From Chloroflexota bacterium (GTDB taxonomy: Bacteria; Chloroflexota; UBA11872; VXNJ01): a DNA stretch of 64,000 nt. Position 1 is the stretch's first letter, and each line of letters begins with the position of its first letter. This document shows positions 19,060 to 29,053 of this stretch, one piece after another. Location of the stretch: NCBI GenBank assembly GCA_026707405.1, contig JAPOWW010000013.1:3190-67189 (forward strand), read 5' to 3'. The notes under the pieces are model-generated. The model saw nothing but the letters and a program-made list of their open reading frames with translations. It did no database searches and was not told where the DNA came from. Made by a program: the position numbers and the translations under genes.

Positions 19060-20874
19060 CTAGGCCGGACAGGCGGCCCTGAAAGATGCTGTCGAAAGCC
19101 GCTCGCTAATTCCCTTCGCGGCGCGCAGCGCTCTCTCGTATTCCCACCTGAGCACCCAGCGCTTGGTATGGATACTTATGTGGTCCCAGGGGAAGACCTC
19201 GTTTGCGGGGCGGTCCCGGTGAACGAACCAATCGAGGTCCACGCCGGTCTCCCGGCAGGCCCGCTCCCAGCGCGCGAAGTCGAACCACTCGTTCCAAGAG
19301 TCGAGCCGGCTGCCGAGCTCCCACGCCCGCCTGATAGCCCGCCCGACTCTCCGGTCGCCGAGCGACAGCAGCGCCTCCACGGCGCTGTTATCGGGATCGT
19401 TCCAATTGAGCTTTATCGACCGGTCCCGAAGCGACGACTTCAACAATGCCTGCTTCTCCAGGATCGACTCCTTCGAGTCCTGCGGGAACCACTGAAACGG
19501 AGTGTGCGCTTTGGGCACGAAGGTCGACACGCCGACTCTCACCTTCGCTCGACCGCCGCGCAATCTCCGCCCGACGTCGAGAACACGCTTGGCTAGCCGG
19601 GCGATGTGCTTCACGTCCTCGAGCGTTTCGGTGGGCAGTCCGATCATGAAATACAGCTTTACGGTGTGCCAGCCCTGCGAGTAGGCAAGCTCGACCGTGC
19701 GCAGCAGTTCTTCCTCCGAGACTCCCTTCTGGATCACCTCCCGCATCCGCTCCGTCGCCGCCTCCGGTGCGAACGTCATGCTCCCCTTCCGCGAAGGCGC
19801 GAGCGCCTCGGCCAGCCCCACGTTGAAGGCGTCCACCCTGGTGGACGGTATGTTGATAGACAAACGCTCATCCGACTGCTGCTCGCGAATATCTCCGATT
19901 AGCGTGTGGATGTCCCTGTAGTCGGCGGCGCTCAGCGACAGCATCGTCAGATCACGGTGACCCGTCGCCTTAATGATCGCATCCGCCATTTCCTTTACTT
20001 TCTCGGGATCCCTGGACCGCACGGGCCTGTCGATGTAGCCGGCCTGACAGAACCGGCAGCCCCGCATACAGCCCCGATGGATTTCGATGGACGCGCGGTC
20101 GAAGACGGTCTCGGTGGAAGCGACCACGGGCATCTTCGGGTACAGATACTCATTGATGTCCACGTGAATCCGGCGGATCTCCGCCGGGACGGCGGCGTCC
20201 ACCGGCTCGGTGGCGGTCAGAGAGTAGTCGGCGGTGTATCGCGGCTCGTAAAGTCGCGGGACGTAAACGCCTTCATAGCCCGCAACTTCCTTCAAATAAC
20301 GTGCGCGCCAGCCTTCTCCCACGCCCTTCCACTTGGCCAAAGTCCGCATTAGCTGCGGGAGGATTTCCTCGCCCTCGCCTATGACTATCACGTCGAAGAA
20401 GTCGGCCATCGGCTCTGGATTAACGAGCGACGCGCCCCCGCCGACGACGATCGGGTCGCGCTCGCCCCGATCAACGGAATCGAGTGGAATCTTCCCAAGG
20501 TCGAGCACTTCGAGAACGCCTGTCGCTCCCATCTCGTACGGCAGTGTGAACCCCAGCATGTCGAACTGGGAGAGCGGACGCCGGGAGTCGAGTCCGAACA
20601 GCGGAGTGTCGGCCTCCCGAAGCGCGTCGGCCATGTCGGGCCAGGGGCAAAACGCCCGGTCGCACAGGAAGCGCGGCAGTTCGTTGACGAGCTCATACAA
20701 GATCTGGATCCCCAGATTCGACATGCCGATCTCATAAGAATCGGGGAAGATCATGCAGAGCTTGACGTCCGCGCCCTCCCACGGCTTGTAGCGGGCGTTC
20801 CACTCGCCGCCTGCGTAGTGCGCGGGCCTGCGCACACGCCCCAGTAGCGGTTCGACGTTAACCCTGGCGCTCAG
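19060..20874 (-). CDS. TIGR03960-like B12-binding radical SAM protein
   Basis: YAGGEWN, YEIGMSNLG, RGCMRGCRFCQAG (CxxxCxxC), FMIGLPTE. Start is uncertain; the frame stays open upstream of 20835. Confidence 0.88.
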   Translation of the reverse strand: MSARVNVEPLLGRVRRPAHYAGGEWNARYKPWEGADVKLCMIFPDSYEIGMSNLGIQILYELVNELPRFLCDRAFCPWPDMADALREADTPLFGLDSRRPLSQFDMLGFTLPYEMGATGVLEVLDLGKIPLDSVDRGERDPIVVGGGASLVNPEPMADFFDVIVIGEGEEILPQLMRTLAKWKGVGEGWRARYLKEVAGYEGVYVPRLYEPRYTADYSLTATEPVDAAVPAEIRRIHVDINEYLYPKMPVVASTETVFDRASIEIHRGCMRGCRFCQAGYIDRPVRSRDPEKVKEMADAIIKATGHRDLTMLSLSAADYRDIHTLIGDIREQQSDERLSINIPSTRVDAFNVGLAEALAPSRKGSMTFAPEAATERMREVIQKGVSEEELLRTVELAYSQGWHTVKLYFMIGLPTETLEDVKHIARLAKRVLDVGRRLRGGRAKVRVGVSTFVPKAHTPFQWFPQDSKESILEKQALLKSSLRDRSIKLNWNDPDNSAVEALLSLGDRRVGRAIRRAWELGSRLDSWNEWFDFARWERACRETGVDLDWFVHRDRPANEVFPWDHISIHTKRWVLRWEYERALRAAKGISERLSTASFRAACPA

Positions 20875-21010
20875 TTTGACCGATCCTGTAAAAGCTCATG
20901 TTCCCCTTGCGGTTATGTGGACTCCAAGAATAACAACAAAGAAGCGAGAGCCGGGGCTTTTTGAAGCCAGCCGTAGCGCACGGCCTGTAGACGCAAAAGC
21001 GGGCGTCGAT

Positions 21011-21041
21011 GCTATTCTTAACCAGATTAGTCAGGAATAGC
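21011..21041 (+). promoter_or_regulatory. Rrf2/IscR-like operator palindrome
   Basis: Imperfect inverted repeat GCTATTCTTAAC-CAGATTA-GTCAGGAATAGC ending 11 bp before the Rrf2 start; its 25-bp core resembles the IscR type-1 box. Confidence 0.65.
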
Positions 21042-21052
21042 CGGATTCGAGA

Positions 21053-21493
21053 ATGCTGAACGTCAACTCCCGCACTCGCTATGGAATCCTGGCGCTGATC
21101 GACCTTGCCGAGAATGGCACGAACTATTACGTGACCGCCCAGCAAATAGCCGACCGAAAGAACATCCCGGCGAAATTCCTGGGACAAATCCTTGCTTCGC
21201 TGGTCCAAGCGGGACTCGTTATCGGCCGACGGGGAGCGAGCGGCGGCTACAGACTCGGAATCTCGCCGCACGCGCTGACGATGGACCGGGCTCTGACAAT
21301 CCTTGGCGCCGACGGACCGTCAGCCCGCTGCATCTACGACGTGGACCGCTCGACGTGCACGCTTCCGGCGAGACAAGGCAAGTGCGACGGAATCGGCCCG
21401 GCGGAGGACGCCGCGATGAAAGTGCTGGCTTCCACCACGCTCGCCGACTTGTGTCCCGGCTACGCCGCGACCTCCGCTACATACCAGATCTAG
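21053..21493 (+). CDS. Rrf2 family transcriptional regulator with three C-terminal Cys
   Basis: RYGILALIDLA, IPAKFLGQIL, RGASGGYRL, and C-x8-C-x8-C near the C-terminus. Confidence 0.92.
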   Translation: MLNVNSRTRYGILALIDLAENGTNYYVTAQQIADRKNIPAKFLGQILASLVQAGLVIGRRGASGGYRLGISPHALTMDRALTILGADGPSARCIYDVDRSTCTLPARQGKCDGIGPAEDAAMKVLASTTLADLCPGYAATSATYQI

Positions 21494-21547
21494 AGACGAA
21501 GCGCGTCGACTGAGGAGCAGTCCATACCGCGGTCCCGCGGCTGAAAA

Positions 21548-21895
21548 TCAGAAAAAGCGTTCCGCGAAGCCGCCGAAGAGCGTGAACAGCACGATGATCA
21601 AGCCGACGGAAATCAAGAAAGGCCCAGATGCCAGGTAAGTGAAGACCCGGCTGTCGGACTTGAGGTGCATGTACCACCCCACCACGCCCAGGGCCTTCAG
21701 CGCCATCATGATCAGGAGGATGGGGACCATGATGAGGTCGTTGATTGGAAGGAGCGCCCAGATCACCTCGGCGATCGTAACAATTAGCAGCCAGACCGCT
21801 ACCGTGACATACGGCGGATGTTTATGGTGCGGCGCCGGCTGCCTGGAAACGCCCGCCCCTCGGGATGTGTGTTCGCCCTCCGTGCCAGCGCTCAT
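21548..21895 (-). CDS. Cytochrome c oxidase subunit IV family protein
   Basis: Three TM helices and YMHLK motif; last gene of the oxidase operon. Confidence 0.85.
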   Translation of the reverse strand: MSAGTEGEHTSRGAGVSRQPAPHHKHPPYVTVAVWLLIVTIAEVIWALLPINDLIMVPILLIMMALKALGVVGWYMHLKSDSRVFTYLASGPFLISVGLIIVLFTLFGGFAERFF

Positions 21896-21899
21896 GTTG

Positions 21900-22640
21900 T
21901 CAAAGCACCGTCAGATGGCTCACCGCGGACAGCGCCTCATGGGCCTCTCCGCAGGGATCATCCATCGGGAGCAGGTAGATCAGCGTGAAGATGAACACCC
22001 ACACGAGATCGACAAAGTGCCAGTACAGGCCGCATAGCTCCACCGGAATTCCCGCGCCGCCATCGGTCGGTTCTCGATGCGTGCGCAACCCAGCCTGCCC
22101 ACCGACAACGTATTCCAGCGGCCTCTTGACGTTATGCCCGACACGCAGGAATAGAAGGCTGAACAGCCAGATGACTCCAATCAAAACGTGAGTGCCGTGA
22201 AAGCCGGTGAGAGCAAAGAAGGCGGCTCCAAAGTTGTTGGAACTCATGCCCTTGCCGTGGAGGGCGAACTCCGTGAACTCATATATCTGAATGCAGAGGA
22301 ACGACGTCCCCAGCAACGCGGTGGAGACTATCCAGGTTCGATACATGCGCCGGTTGCCGTCTCGCAGTGCGGCGAGCGCAAGCACCATCGTCAGGCTGCT
22401 CATCAAGAGAATGAAGGCGCCAACGCTGGTAAGGCCGATCGCTAGATCGGCATAGGTCAGCCCGTTGCAGTAGTCTGCGCGCTCGGAGCTGCGGTTGACG
22501 AAGAAATTGGTGATAAGAGTGGCGAAGAAGAGCGACTCCGATCCCAGGAACGCCCACATGCCCAGCTTGCGCATGTCCAGGCCGAGGCTGGTGGGAGGAT
22601 GTGCCGCACCATGGCCGCGCGGCGTGAACGTCTGCGCCAC
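21900..22640 (-). CDS. ctaE: Cytochrome c oxidase subunit III
   Basis: GMWAFLGSE, TGFHGTHV, LYWHFVD. GTG start overlaps the subunit I stop (TAGTG). Confidence 0.92.
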   Translation of the reverse strand: MAQTFTPRGHGAAHPPTSLGLDMRKLGMWAFLGSESLFFATLITNFFVNRSSERADYCNGLTYADLAIGLTSVGAFILLMSSLTMVLALAALRDGNRRMYRTWIVSTALLGTSFLCIQIYEFTEFALHGKGMSSNNFGAAFFALTGFHGTHVLIGVIWLFSLLFLRVGHNVKRPLEYVVGGQAGLRTHREPTDGGAGIPVELCGLYWHFVDLVWVFIFTLIYLLPMDDPCGEAHEALSAVSHLTVL

Positions 22641-24493
22641 TAGTGCGGTTGGCCGTTCGAGCCGTCGCTGGGTATGTCCACTGGCTCCTTGGCCCAGGCG
22701 AATGCCCCTGCGATCGTGGCAATTACCCCAATAGCCGCAAGCGGATACGAGTAGAGCAATCCGACCGCGGCCATCGACAGCGTGAACGCCACAACCACGG
22801 GCCAGTACGACGGCGGAGGCATGTGAATCCCGCCTTCTTCCGGCTCCGGCTGCTCTGGCGCTCCACCATACTTGGCGTCCCAGTGCGGGCGGTTGCTGCC
22901 GACCACCGGTATGGCGGCGAAGTTGTAGACGGGCGGCGGCGACGGAATGGACCATTCAAGCGTCTGCCCGTCCCACGGATCCGCTTCCGCCTTCTTGCCG
23001 CGCACCAGGCTAATGAAAACGTTGTACATGAAGACCAGTATCGAGACCGCGATGACGAACGAGCCTATCGTCGCTACCAGATTCCACTCGTCCCAGCCCT
23101 GATCCGACGGGAAGGTGTAAATCCTGCGTGGCATCCCGTCGTTGCCCAGGACGTGCATCGGACCGAACGTCACATTCATACCGATGAACATCGACCAGAA
23201 ATGAAGCTGCCCCAGCTTTTCGTTCAGAATCCGGCCGCTCATCTTGGGAATCCAGTAGTACATGCCCGCAAAGAATCCCATAAGGGCGCCGCCAAAGAGC
23301 ACGTAGTGCAGATGCGCCACGATCCAGTACGAGTCCGACTGCTGGGCGTCGACTGGGGGCGAGGCGTGCATCATCCCGCTCAAACCCCCGATGGTGAAAA
23401 GCACTAGAAAGCCCACCGCGAAGTAGAACGGCGTCTTGAGGCTGATGGAGCCTTCATACAGGGTGGCGGACCAGTTGAGCACCTTGACCCCCGTGGGGAT
23501 CGCGATCAGCATCGTCGAAGCCGCAAAGACAGCATTCGGCAGCGCCCCCAGCCCAACCACGAACATGTGGTGCGCCCAAACCGTAAATCCGAGGAACCCG
23601 ATCGACAGACCCGAGAAAACCACGGCCGTATAGCCGAACAGCGGTTTGCGCGCGAACGTCGGTAATACCTCCGAGACGATTCCCATCGCCGGAAGGATCA
23701 GGATATAGACCTCCGGATGTCCGAAGAACCAGAACATGTGCTGCCATAGAACCGGGTCACCGCCGCCGCCCGCCGTCTGAATGAAGAACTGGCTTCCGAG
23801 CAGCCGGTCGAAGAACAGCAGGATCGTGGCGACGGTGAACGGCGGGAAGGCGAACACGATCAGGAAGGACGTTATCAGCGTCATCCACACGAAGACAGGC
23901 AGACGCCGAAACGTCAGGCCCGGCGCGCGCATGTTGAGGATCGTCACGATGAAGTTCAGCGACGAGATGATCGACGCCAATCCAAGAATCGCCAGCCCGA
24001 CGATCCAGAACTCCACTCCCTTGGTAGGCGCGTATCCCGACTCGGTCAGCGGCGCGTAGGCGAACCAGCCGACGTCCGGCGCGCCCCCGATGAAGCTGGC
24101 GTTCAGATACAGCCCGCCGAACAGGAACAGCCAATAGCTGAAAGCGTTCAGGCGAGGATAGGCCACGTCGCGCGCGCCGATCATGAGCGGGATCAGGAAG
24201 TTGAAGAACGACGCGTTCAGCGGCATTATCGCCAGGAAAATCATCGACGTGCCGTGCATGGTGAAAAGCTGGTTGAACGTGTCGCCGGCCGTAAGCTGAC
24301 CGTCGGGGCCGGCAAGCTGCAAGCGCATGATCAGCGCCTCGATGCCGCCGCCGATGAAAAACGCGAACGCCGTGACCAGATAGAGAATGCCGATCCGCTT
24401 GTGATCGACGGTCGTCACCCAGCTCCAAATGCCGGACTCGGACTCCGGATAGGCGTGGGCCGCTAGTTCCGGTGCTCGGGTCGTCGTCGCCAT
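22640..24493 (-). CDS. ctaD: Cytochrome c oxidase subunit I (type A1)
   Basis: DHKRIG, FTMHG, WFFGHPEVY, VWAHHMF, AHLHYV, GMPRR. Confidence 0.97.
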   Translation of the reverse strand: MATTTRAPELAAHAYPESESGIWSWVTTVDHKRIGILYLVTAFAFFIGGGIEALIMRLQLAGPDGQLTAGDTFNQLFTMHGTSMIFLAIMPLNASFFNFLIPLMIGARDVAYPRLNAFSYWLFLFGGLYLNASFIGGAPDVGWFAYAPLTESGYAPTKGVEFWIVGLAILGLASIISSLNFIVTILNMRAPGLTFRRLPVFVWMTLITSFLIVFAFPPFTVATILLFFDRLLGSQFFIQTAGGGGDPVLWQHMFWFFGHPEVYILILPAMGIVSEVLPTFARKPLFGYTAVVFSGLSIGFLGFTVWAHHMFVVGLGALPNAVFAASTMLIAIPTGVKVLNWSATLYEGSISLKTPFYFAVGFLVLFTIGGLSGMMHASPPVDAQQSDSYWIVAHLHYVLFGGALMGFFAGMYYWIPKMSGRILNEKLGQLHFWSMFIGMNVTFGPMHVLGNDGMPRRIYTFPSDQGWDEWNLVATIGSFVIAVSILVFMYNVFISLVRGKKAEADPWDGQTLEWSIPSPPPVYNFAAIPVVGSNRPHWDAKYGGAPEQPEPEEGGIHMPPPSYWPVVVAFTLSMAAVGLLYSYPLAAIGVIATIAGAFAWAKEPVDIPSDGSNGQPH

Positions 24494-24588
24494 CTAAGTC
24501 TTCCGCATAACTTTCATCAATCCGGCTTCAACTAGCTTACCGTCCGATCCGACCTGTGAGAATCCGAGACCATCGTACATTTCGAATC

Positions 24589-25638
24589 TCACCTCAGGCT
24601 TTGAAGGTAGGCCACCACGGCGGCTAGTTCGTCGGGAGCTAATCCGAGCGAGGGCATCAACACCCCAGGCTTGATGTTGTCGGCGTTCTCGATCCATTTC
24701 GTCAGGTTTTCGGTGTTGTTCTCAATGAGCGCGGCTCCGAGCATAGTCCGGTTCGCTACGTCGGTGAGGTTTGGTCCGACCTTGCCCTGCGCGGAGGTCC
24801 CGTCAATCGTGTGGCAGATAAAGCAGCCTGTGCTCTCGGACGGATAGATGGTATTGAACACTTCGGCTCCGCGCGCGGCTTCACCCTCCGGCTCGGACGG
24901 CGGCGTTTGCATCGTGGCCGTCCAGTCGTCGAACTCCTGCTCGGTGACCGCGAACAAGAGCATTTTCATCTGCGCGTGCGCAAACCCGCAGAATTCGGCG
25001 CACTGCCCCTGATACCTGCCCACGCCGTCCGGCGGCACCGTGAACCTCAATTCATTGGTACGGCCCGGAACGGCGTCGATTTTGCCCGCGATCCTCGGAA
25101 ACCAGAAGGAATGTATTACGTCGGTTGCCTCTATTTTCAGATCGATCGTCCTTCCGACCGGCACGCGAAGCTCATTAGCCGTGGTTATACCGAGGTCGGG
25201 ATACTCGAACTCCCACCACCACTGATGGCCGACCACGTTCACCTTAAGCGCGTCGGGGGGAGCGGCCTGAGCCTGCACGGCGATAGTCCGAAATGTCGCC
25301 ACCGCCAGGGCTATGACGATTACCGTCGGCACCAGCGTCCACAGCACCTCCAGTCGGATATCGCCGTGCACCTGGTTCGGAATCGGGTCGCTGTCCGACC
25401 GCCTGCGAAACCTGATCATGCTATAGACAAGGAATCCAAGAACCAGCGCGAATATGGCGACCGCGCCCCAGAGGATCGGCATGAACAAGGTAAGGATCTG
25501 CCGCGCGTTGTCGCCTACCGGCTGCTGCGTCGACTGGGTTAGCTGACCGCACGCGGAAAGCGCGATCGCCGCAACCACAAATGGCGGAAGCAGTTTGGCC
25601 GCGCGGCTAGCGCCGGGGCCGTTACGTCCGGCGTTCAA
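24589..25638 (-). CDS. ctaC: Cytochrome c oxidase subunit II with fused cytochrome c (caa3 type)
   Basis: LSAC lipobox, DVIHSF and CAEFCGFAHAQM CuA site, CFICH heme c motif. Confidence 0.95.
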   Translation of the reverse strand: MNAGRNGPGASRAAKLLPPFVVAAIALSACGQLTQSTQQPVGDNARQILTLFMPILWGAVAIFALVLGFLVYSMIRFRRRSDSDPIPNQVHGDIRLEVLWTLVPTVIVIALAVATFRTIAVQAQAAPPDALKVNVVGHQWWWEFEYPDLGITTANELRVPVGRTIDLKIEATDVIHSFWFPRIAGKIDAVPGRTNELRFTVPPDGVGRYQGQCAEFCGFAHAQMKMLLFAVTEQEFDDWTATMQTPPSEPEGEAARGAEVFNTIYPSESTGCFICHTIDGTSAQGKVGPNLTDVANRTMLGAALIENNTENLTKWIENADNIKPGVLMPSLGLAPDELAAVVAYLQSLR

Positions 25639-25914
25639 TCAAGCACCACGATCCAGACAGATTCGTCCAAGCCATCTCCATCGCTATATCAGATTACGAG
25701 CGTGCCGCCGCCCTTATTCAGGGCGGTCGGCTTGTACGGGCAAACGAGCGCGGACAGGGTATCAATAAGGCGAAAGGTGGACAATGACCGCCGTACGAAA
25801 ATTGCCCAATTCCAACGATCGAGCCGACAGTTCAATTATTGCCGACCGGCGCTATGCTTGATCCGCGCACGAGGGCGCAATCATCTTATTGCTTCAACTG
25901 CGGGAGCCGGCAAG

Positions 25915-26319
25915 TTGGCGGCTGACAATGGCTGGAAACTAACCAAGATCGGTCACGTGATGCTTGGCTGCGCCGATATGCGCCGCTCGCTGGATTTCTA
26001 CAACGGTCTCCTGGGTCTGGAGATCAAGGCCGAAATCCCGGGCTTCGCGTTTCTCGACACCGGAGACGTTACCTTGTGCCTCAGCGAGCCTTTGGCGAGA
26101 TTCTCCGAGAACCTTGAGGGAGCTACGGAAGTGGTGTTCACGGTCGACGACATTGACCAAACCTGCGAGGGTCTGCGCGAGAGAGGTATCAAGTTCATTG
26201 CTGGGCCGCACCAAGCGACCGTCACGGATTGGTCTGCCATCTTTCGGGACCCGGACGGCCACAAGCTGTCGATTTTCGGGCCGAAAGCAAACCCGTGCGC
26301 CGGACAGAGACCGCCGTGA
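25915..26319 (+). CDS. VOC/glyoxalase family protein
   Basis: IGHVML..SLDFYNGLLGL, FTVDDID, FRDPDGH. TTG start preceded by GGGAG. Confidence 0.85.
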   Translation: MAADNGWKLTKIGHVMLGCADMRRSLDFYNGLLGLEIKAEIPGFAFLDTGDVTLCLSEPLARFSENLEGATEVVFTVDDIDQTCEGLRERGIKFIAGPHQATVTDWSAIFRDPDGHKLSIFGPKANPCAGQRPP

Positions 26320-27230
26320 CCACCGCCTACTATCGATTCCTTCTCAAGGTGACCCTCATCACCATCGCGGCTTCCATCGTCCTCGTAGCGCTCGGTGGGG
26401 TTGTCAGAGTGACCGGTTCGGGTTTGGCCTGTCCCGACTGGCCATTGTGCCAAGGACAGGTGCTTCCTCCTGCGGAACGCGGCACCACGCTCGAATTCGC
26501 GCATCGGCTGACGGCCACCGCCGTCGGCTCGCTGGTGCTTGGGATCGCGCTCTATTCGTTGCGAGTCCGCCACGAAGCCGCGAGCATCTTCTACGCCGCG
26601 GTGATTTCAGGCGTGCTGGTGCTCGCGCAGATCATTCTTGGAGCAATTGTTATCTTCGCCAAACTGTCCGCCATTGTCGTCACCGCCCATCTTGGTCTGG
26701 CCACGGCTTTCGTCGGTGCGCTTGCCGTTATCGCCGGCCAGGCTTTGCTCAGGCTCCGGGGCGGCGAGCAATCGCCGGACGCCCGGAGAACGACGCGGGC
26801 CACGCTGGTGGCGGCGGCGCTCACTTACGCGACGCTCTTGCTCGGAGCGTACGTCGCAACCAGCGGGTCGTCGCTGGCGTGCCCGCAATGGCCACTATGC
26901 AACGACACGGTAATTCCCACCGGGGACTGGCGGCAATGGATCGGTCTCATACATCGGATTCTGGCGGCGGCGATGACCATAGCCGTGATATGGGCCACGT
27001 GGACGGCCTATACGGCAAAGGCTCCCAGGCAGGTTCGCGGTCTTCTGCACGGGGCGGCAGCCCTCACGGTGATCGAAATCATCGTCGGTGCCCTGAATCC
27101 CATCTTGCTGGTTCCGCCCGCGGTCGCCGTGGCGCACCTCACAGTCGCAACCGTCATCTGGATCCTCTTGACCGGCGCCGCGACGATTTCGATGTCCGCA
27201 AATCGCCACGGCATACCGGCGAAAACCTAG
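26316..27230 (+). CDS. ctaA: Heme A synthase (COX15/CtaA)
   Basis: GLACPDWPLC, EFAHR, second ACPQWPLC, conserved His residues. GTG start overlaps the upstream TGA. Confidence 0.92.
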   Translation: MTTAYYRFLLKVTLITIAASIVLVALGGVVRVTGSGLACPDWPLCQGQVLPPAERGTTLEFAHRLTATAVGSLVLGIALYSLRVRHEAASIFYAAVISGVLVLAQIILGAIVIFAKLSAIVVTAHLGLATAFVGALAVIAGQALLRLRGGEQSPDARRTTRATLVAAALTYATLLLGAYVATSGSSLACPQWPLCNDTVIPTGDWRQWIGLIHRILAAAMTIAVIWATWTAYTAKAPRQVRGLLHGAAALTVIEIIVGALNPILLVPPAVAVAHLTVATVIWILLTGAATISMSANRHGIPAKT

Positions 27231-27239
27231 GCAACAGGC

Positions 27240-27314
27240 CCCTTCGACCCCTTCGGTAAGGCTCTCGTGAGATTGTCGAACGACTCAGGATGGACAGGCT
27301 CGATCGGGGCGAAC
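27240..27314. repeat. Degenerate nested REP-like element in a convergent intergenic spacer
   Basis: Fragments CCCTTCGAC, CCCTTCGGTAAGGCTC, GTGAGATTGTCGAAC, CTCAGGATG and GACAGGCTC; a related copy lies at 36275-36295. Confidence 0.45.
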
Positions 27315-27357
27315 TGATAGCTCGTAGCCGCGCCGACGAACCGCCGCCCGCGTCGGC

Positions 27358-28305
27358 CTAATCGGAAGTCCGCCCTCCCAACATGGTCGCGGCGTGGCGC
27401 GCCAGCGCACCCGTGACCTCAGCCGCCGCCTCCGGGGGCCAGTCAAATACGCCACGCCCCGATTTCGCTCCAAGACGCCCCGACGCAACCAGCTTGCGCA
27501 GTCCGTCCGCTGGCGCATCTGCGTTACTCAACAGGGGAAACACGTTGTGGCATATCGCTTCGTACACGTCCAGTCCCGCAAGGTCTGCGATCCTGAAGGG
27601 ACCGTAAACGCCCAGCCTGTTCCCGATGCTGCTCACGACCAGATTGTCCAGGTCCTCCGGTTTGACGATTCCCTCTTCAACCAGGAACAGGGCCTCGCGG
27701 TACAGAGCGAACTGAAGCCTGTTGACCACAAAGCCGGCGATCTCGGTCTCCAGAACAGCGGGCGATTTACCGATTGACCGGCAAATCTCGACGGTCGTAC
27801 GGACGGTTTCCGGTGAGGTCTGCCTGCCTGGAACGACCTCGACGGCAGGAAGCAGGTAAGGGGGATTGAAATAATGCGTGACGATAACCCGGTCGGGCCG
27901 CCTGGTCGCTTCTCCAAGAGCTGTCGGACTTATGGCCGAGGTGTTGCTGGCCAGAATCACATTGTCCGCGCAATACCTGTCCAAGTCGGAAAACACCTCG
28001 CGCTTGACCGCCAGGTTCTCCGCCACGGCCTCGACCACGAATTGCGACGCCTCGGCCAGGACTTTCAGATCGGATGTGCGGGAAATGAGTTCGAGTACCG
28101 GGACAGCGTCGTCGGTCTCGGCAAGTCCAACCTCCGCCAGGACGGAAACCGCTTTGCGGATTCGCTCCGGGGCAGAGTCGAGCTGTGACTTCGACTCGTC
28201 GTGCAACCAGACCTCATATCCGGCCCGCGCGAATTCCAGGGCCAGCGCGTGCCCCATCAGACCGGCGCCCACCACGCCGACGGCAGATACGTCTATAGTG
28301 CGCAA
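27358..28305 (-). CDS. 3-hydroxyacyl-CoA dehydrogenase family protein
   Basis: GAGLMG, EAVAENL, ASNTS, HYFNPP, GFVVNRLQ. Confidence 0.93.
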   Translation of the reverse strand: MRTIDVSAVGVVGAGLMGHALALEFARAGYEVWLHDESKSQLDSAPERIRKAVSVLAEVGLAETDDAVPVLELISRTSDLKVLAEASQFVVEAVAENLAVKREVFSDLDRYCADNVILASNTSAISPTALGEATRRPDRVIVTHYFNPPYLLPAVEVVPGRQTSPETVRTTVEICRSIGKSPAVLETEIAGFVVNRLQFALYREALFLVEEGIVKPEDLDNLVVSSIGNRLGVYGPFRIADLAGLDVYEAICHNVFPLLSNADAPADGLRKLVASGRLGAKSGRGVFDWPPEAAAEVTGALARHAATMLGGRTSD

Positions 28306-28459
28306 CCTCCGCCTCCACTTCCGCGTTTTCGTTCGGGTGTCGAGTCGAAGTCATATTACGTGCGATAAGTACCCCGCGCGAACATTGTCAAACGACGGGG
28401 ACTGATAACATCGGTTCAAGCAGACGAACTCATTCGGAGCGCTGTGGCACCAAACTGAC

Positions 28460-29053
28460 ATGACAGTTACCGATGCTGAAAACGAAGGGAAGTTCGCCGC
28501 TCCTTCCGGCTCCGACCAACCCCTGCAAGCGAAGCTCAAGCAGCTCGGGGACCGGCTCGTCCAGGCGGCCCTTCTGAAAGGCGACTTTCTCCTGAGCTCC
28601 GGGACGAGGAGTGAATACTACCTCGACAAGTACCTCTTCGAGACAAGACCCGACCTGCTGCGCGACGTCACGACCGAGCTGCTCAACCTCGTTCCGGACA
28701 ACATGGACCGGTTGGCCGGTCCCGAGCTTGGCGCGGTCCCGCTGGTGGCGTGCATGTCACTTGTCGGCAATTTGCCCTTCGTGATCGTTCGGCGGAAGCC
28801 AAAGGCTTACGGCACCGGTCGACACTTCGAGGGGCAGATCGCTGTAGGTGAGCGCGTGGTCCTGGTCGAAGACGTAATCACGTCGGGCAACCAGGCGCTC
28901 ACGGCGGCGGATCACCTCAGAAAATTTGGCGTCGAGCTCGACGTGGTCATTTGCGTGCTCGACCGCGAGGAAGGCGCGCAACTCAAATTCTCCGAGCAGG
29001 ACCTCGAGCTGCGACCGCTCTTCACCAGCTCGCAGCTTGGAATAACTCCTTGA
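28460..29053 (+). CDS. pyrE: Orotate phosphoribosyltransferase
   Basis: GDFLLSSG..YYLDK and LVEDVITSG PRPP-binding motif. Confidence 0.92.
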   Translation: MTVTDAENEGKFAAPSGSDQPLQAKLKQLGDRLVQAALLKGDFLLSSGTRSEYYLDKYLFETRPDLLRDVTTELLNLVPDNMDRLAGPELGAVPLVACMSLVGNLPFVIVRRKPKAYGTGRHFEGQIAVGERVVLVEDVITSGNQALTAADHLRKFGVELDVVICVLDREEGAQLKFSEQDLELRPLFTSSQLGITP

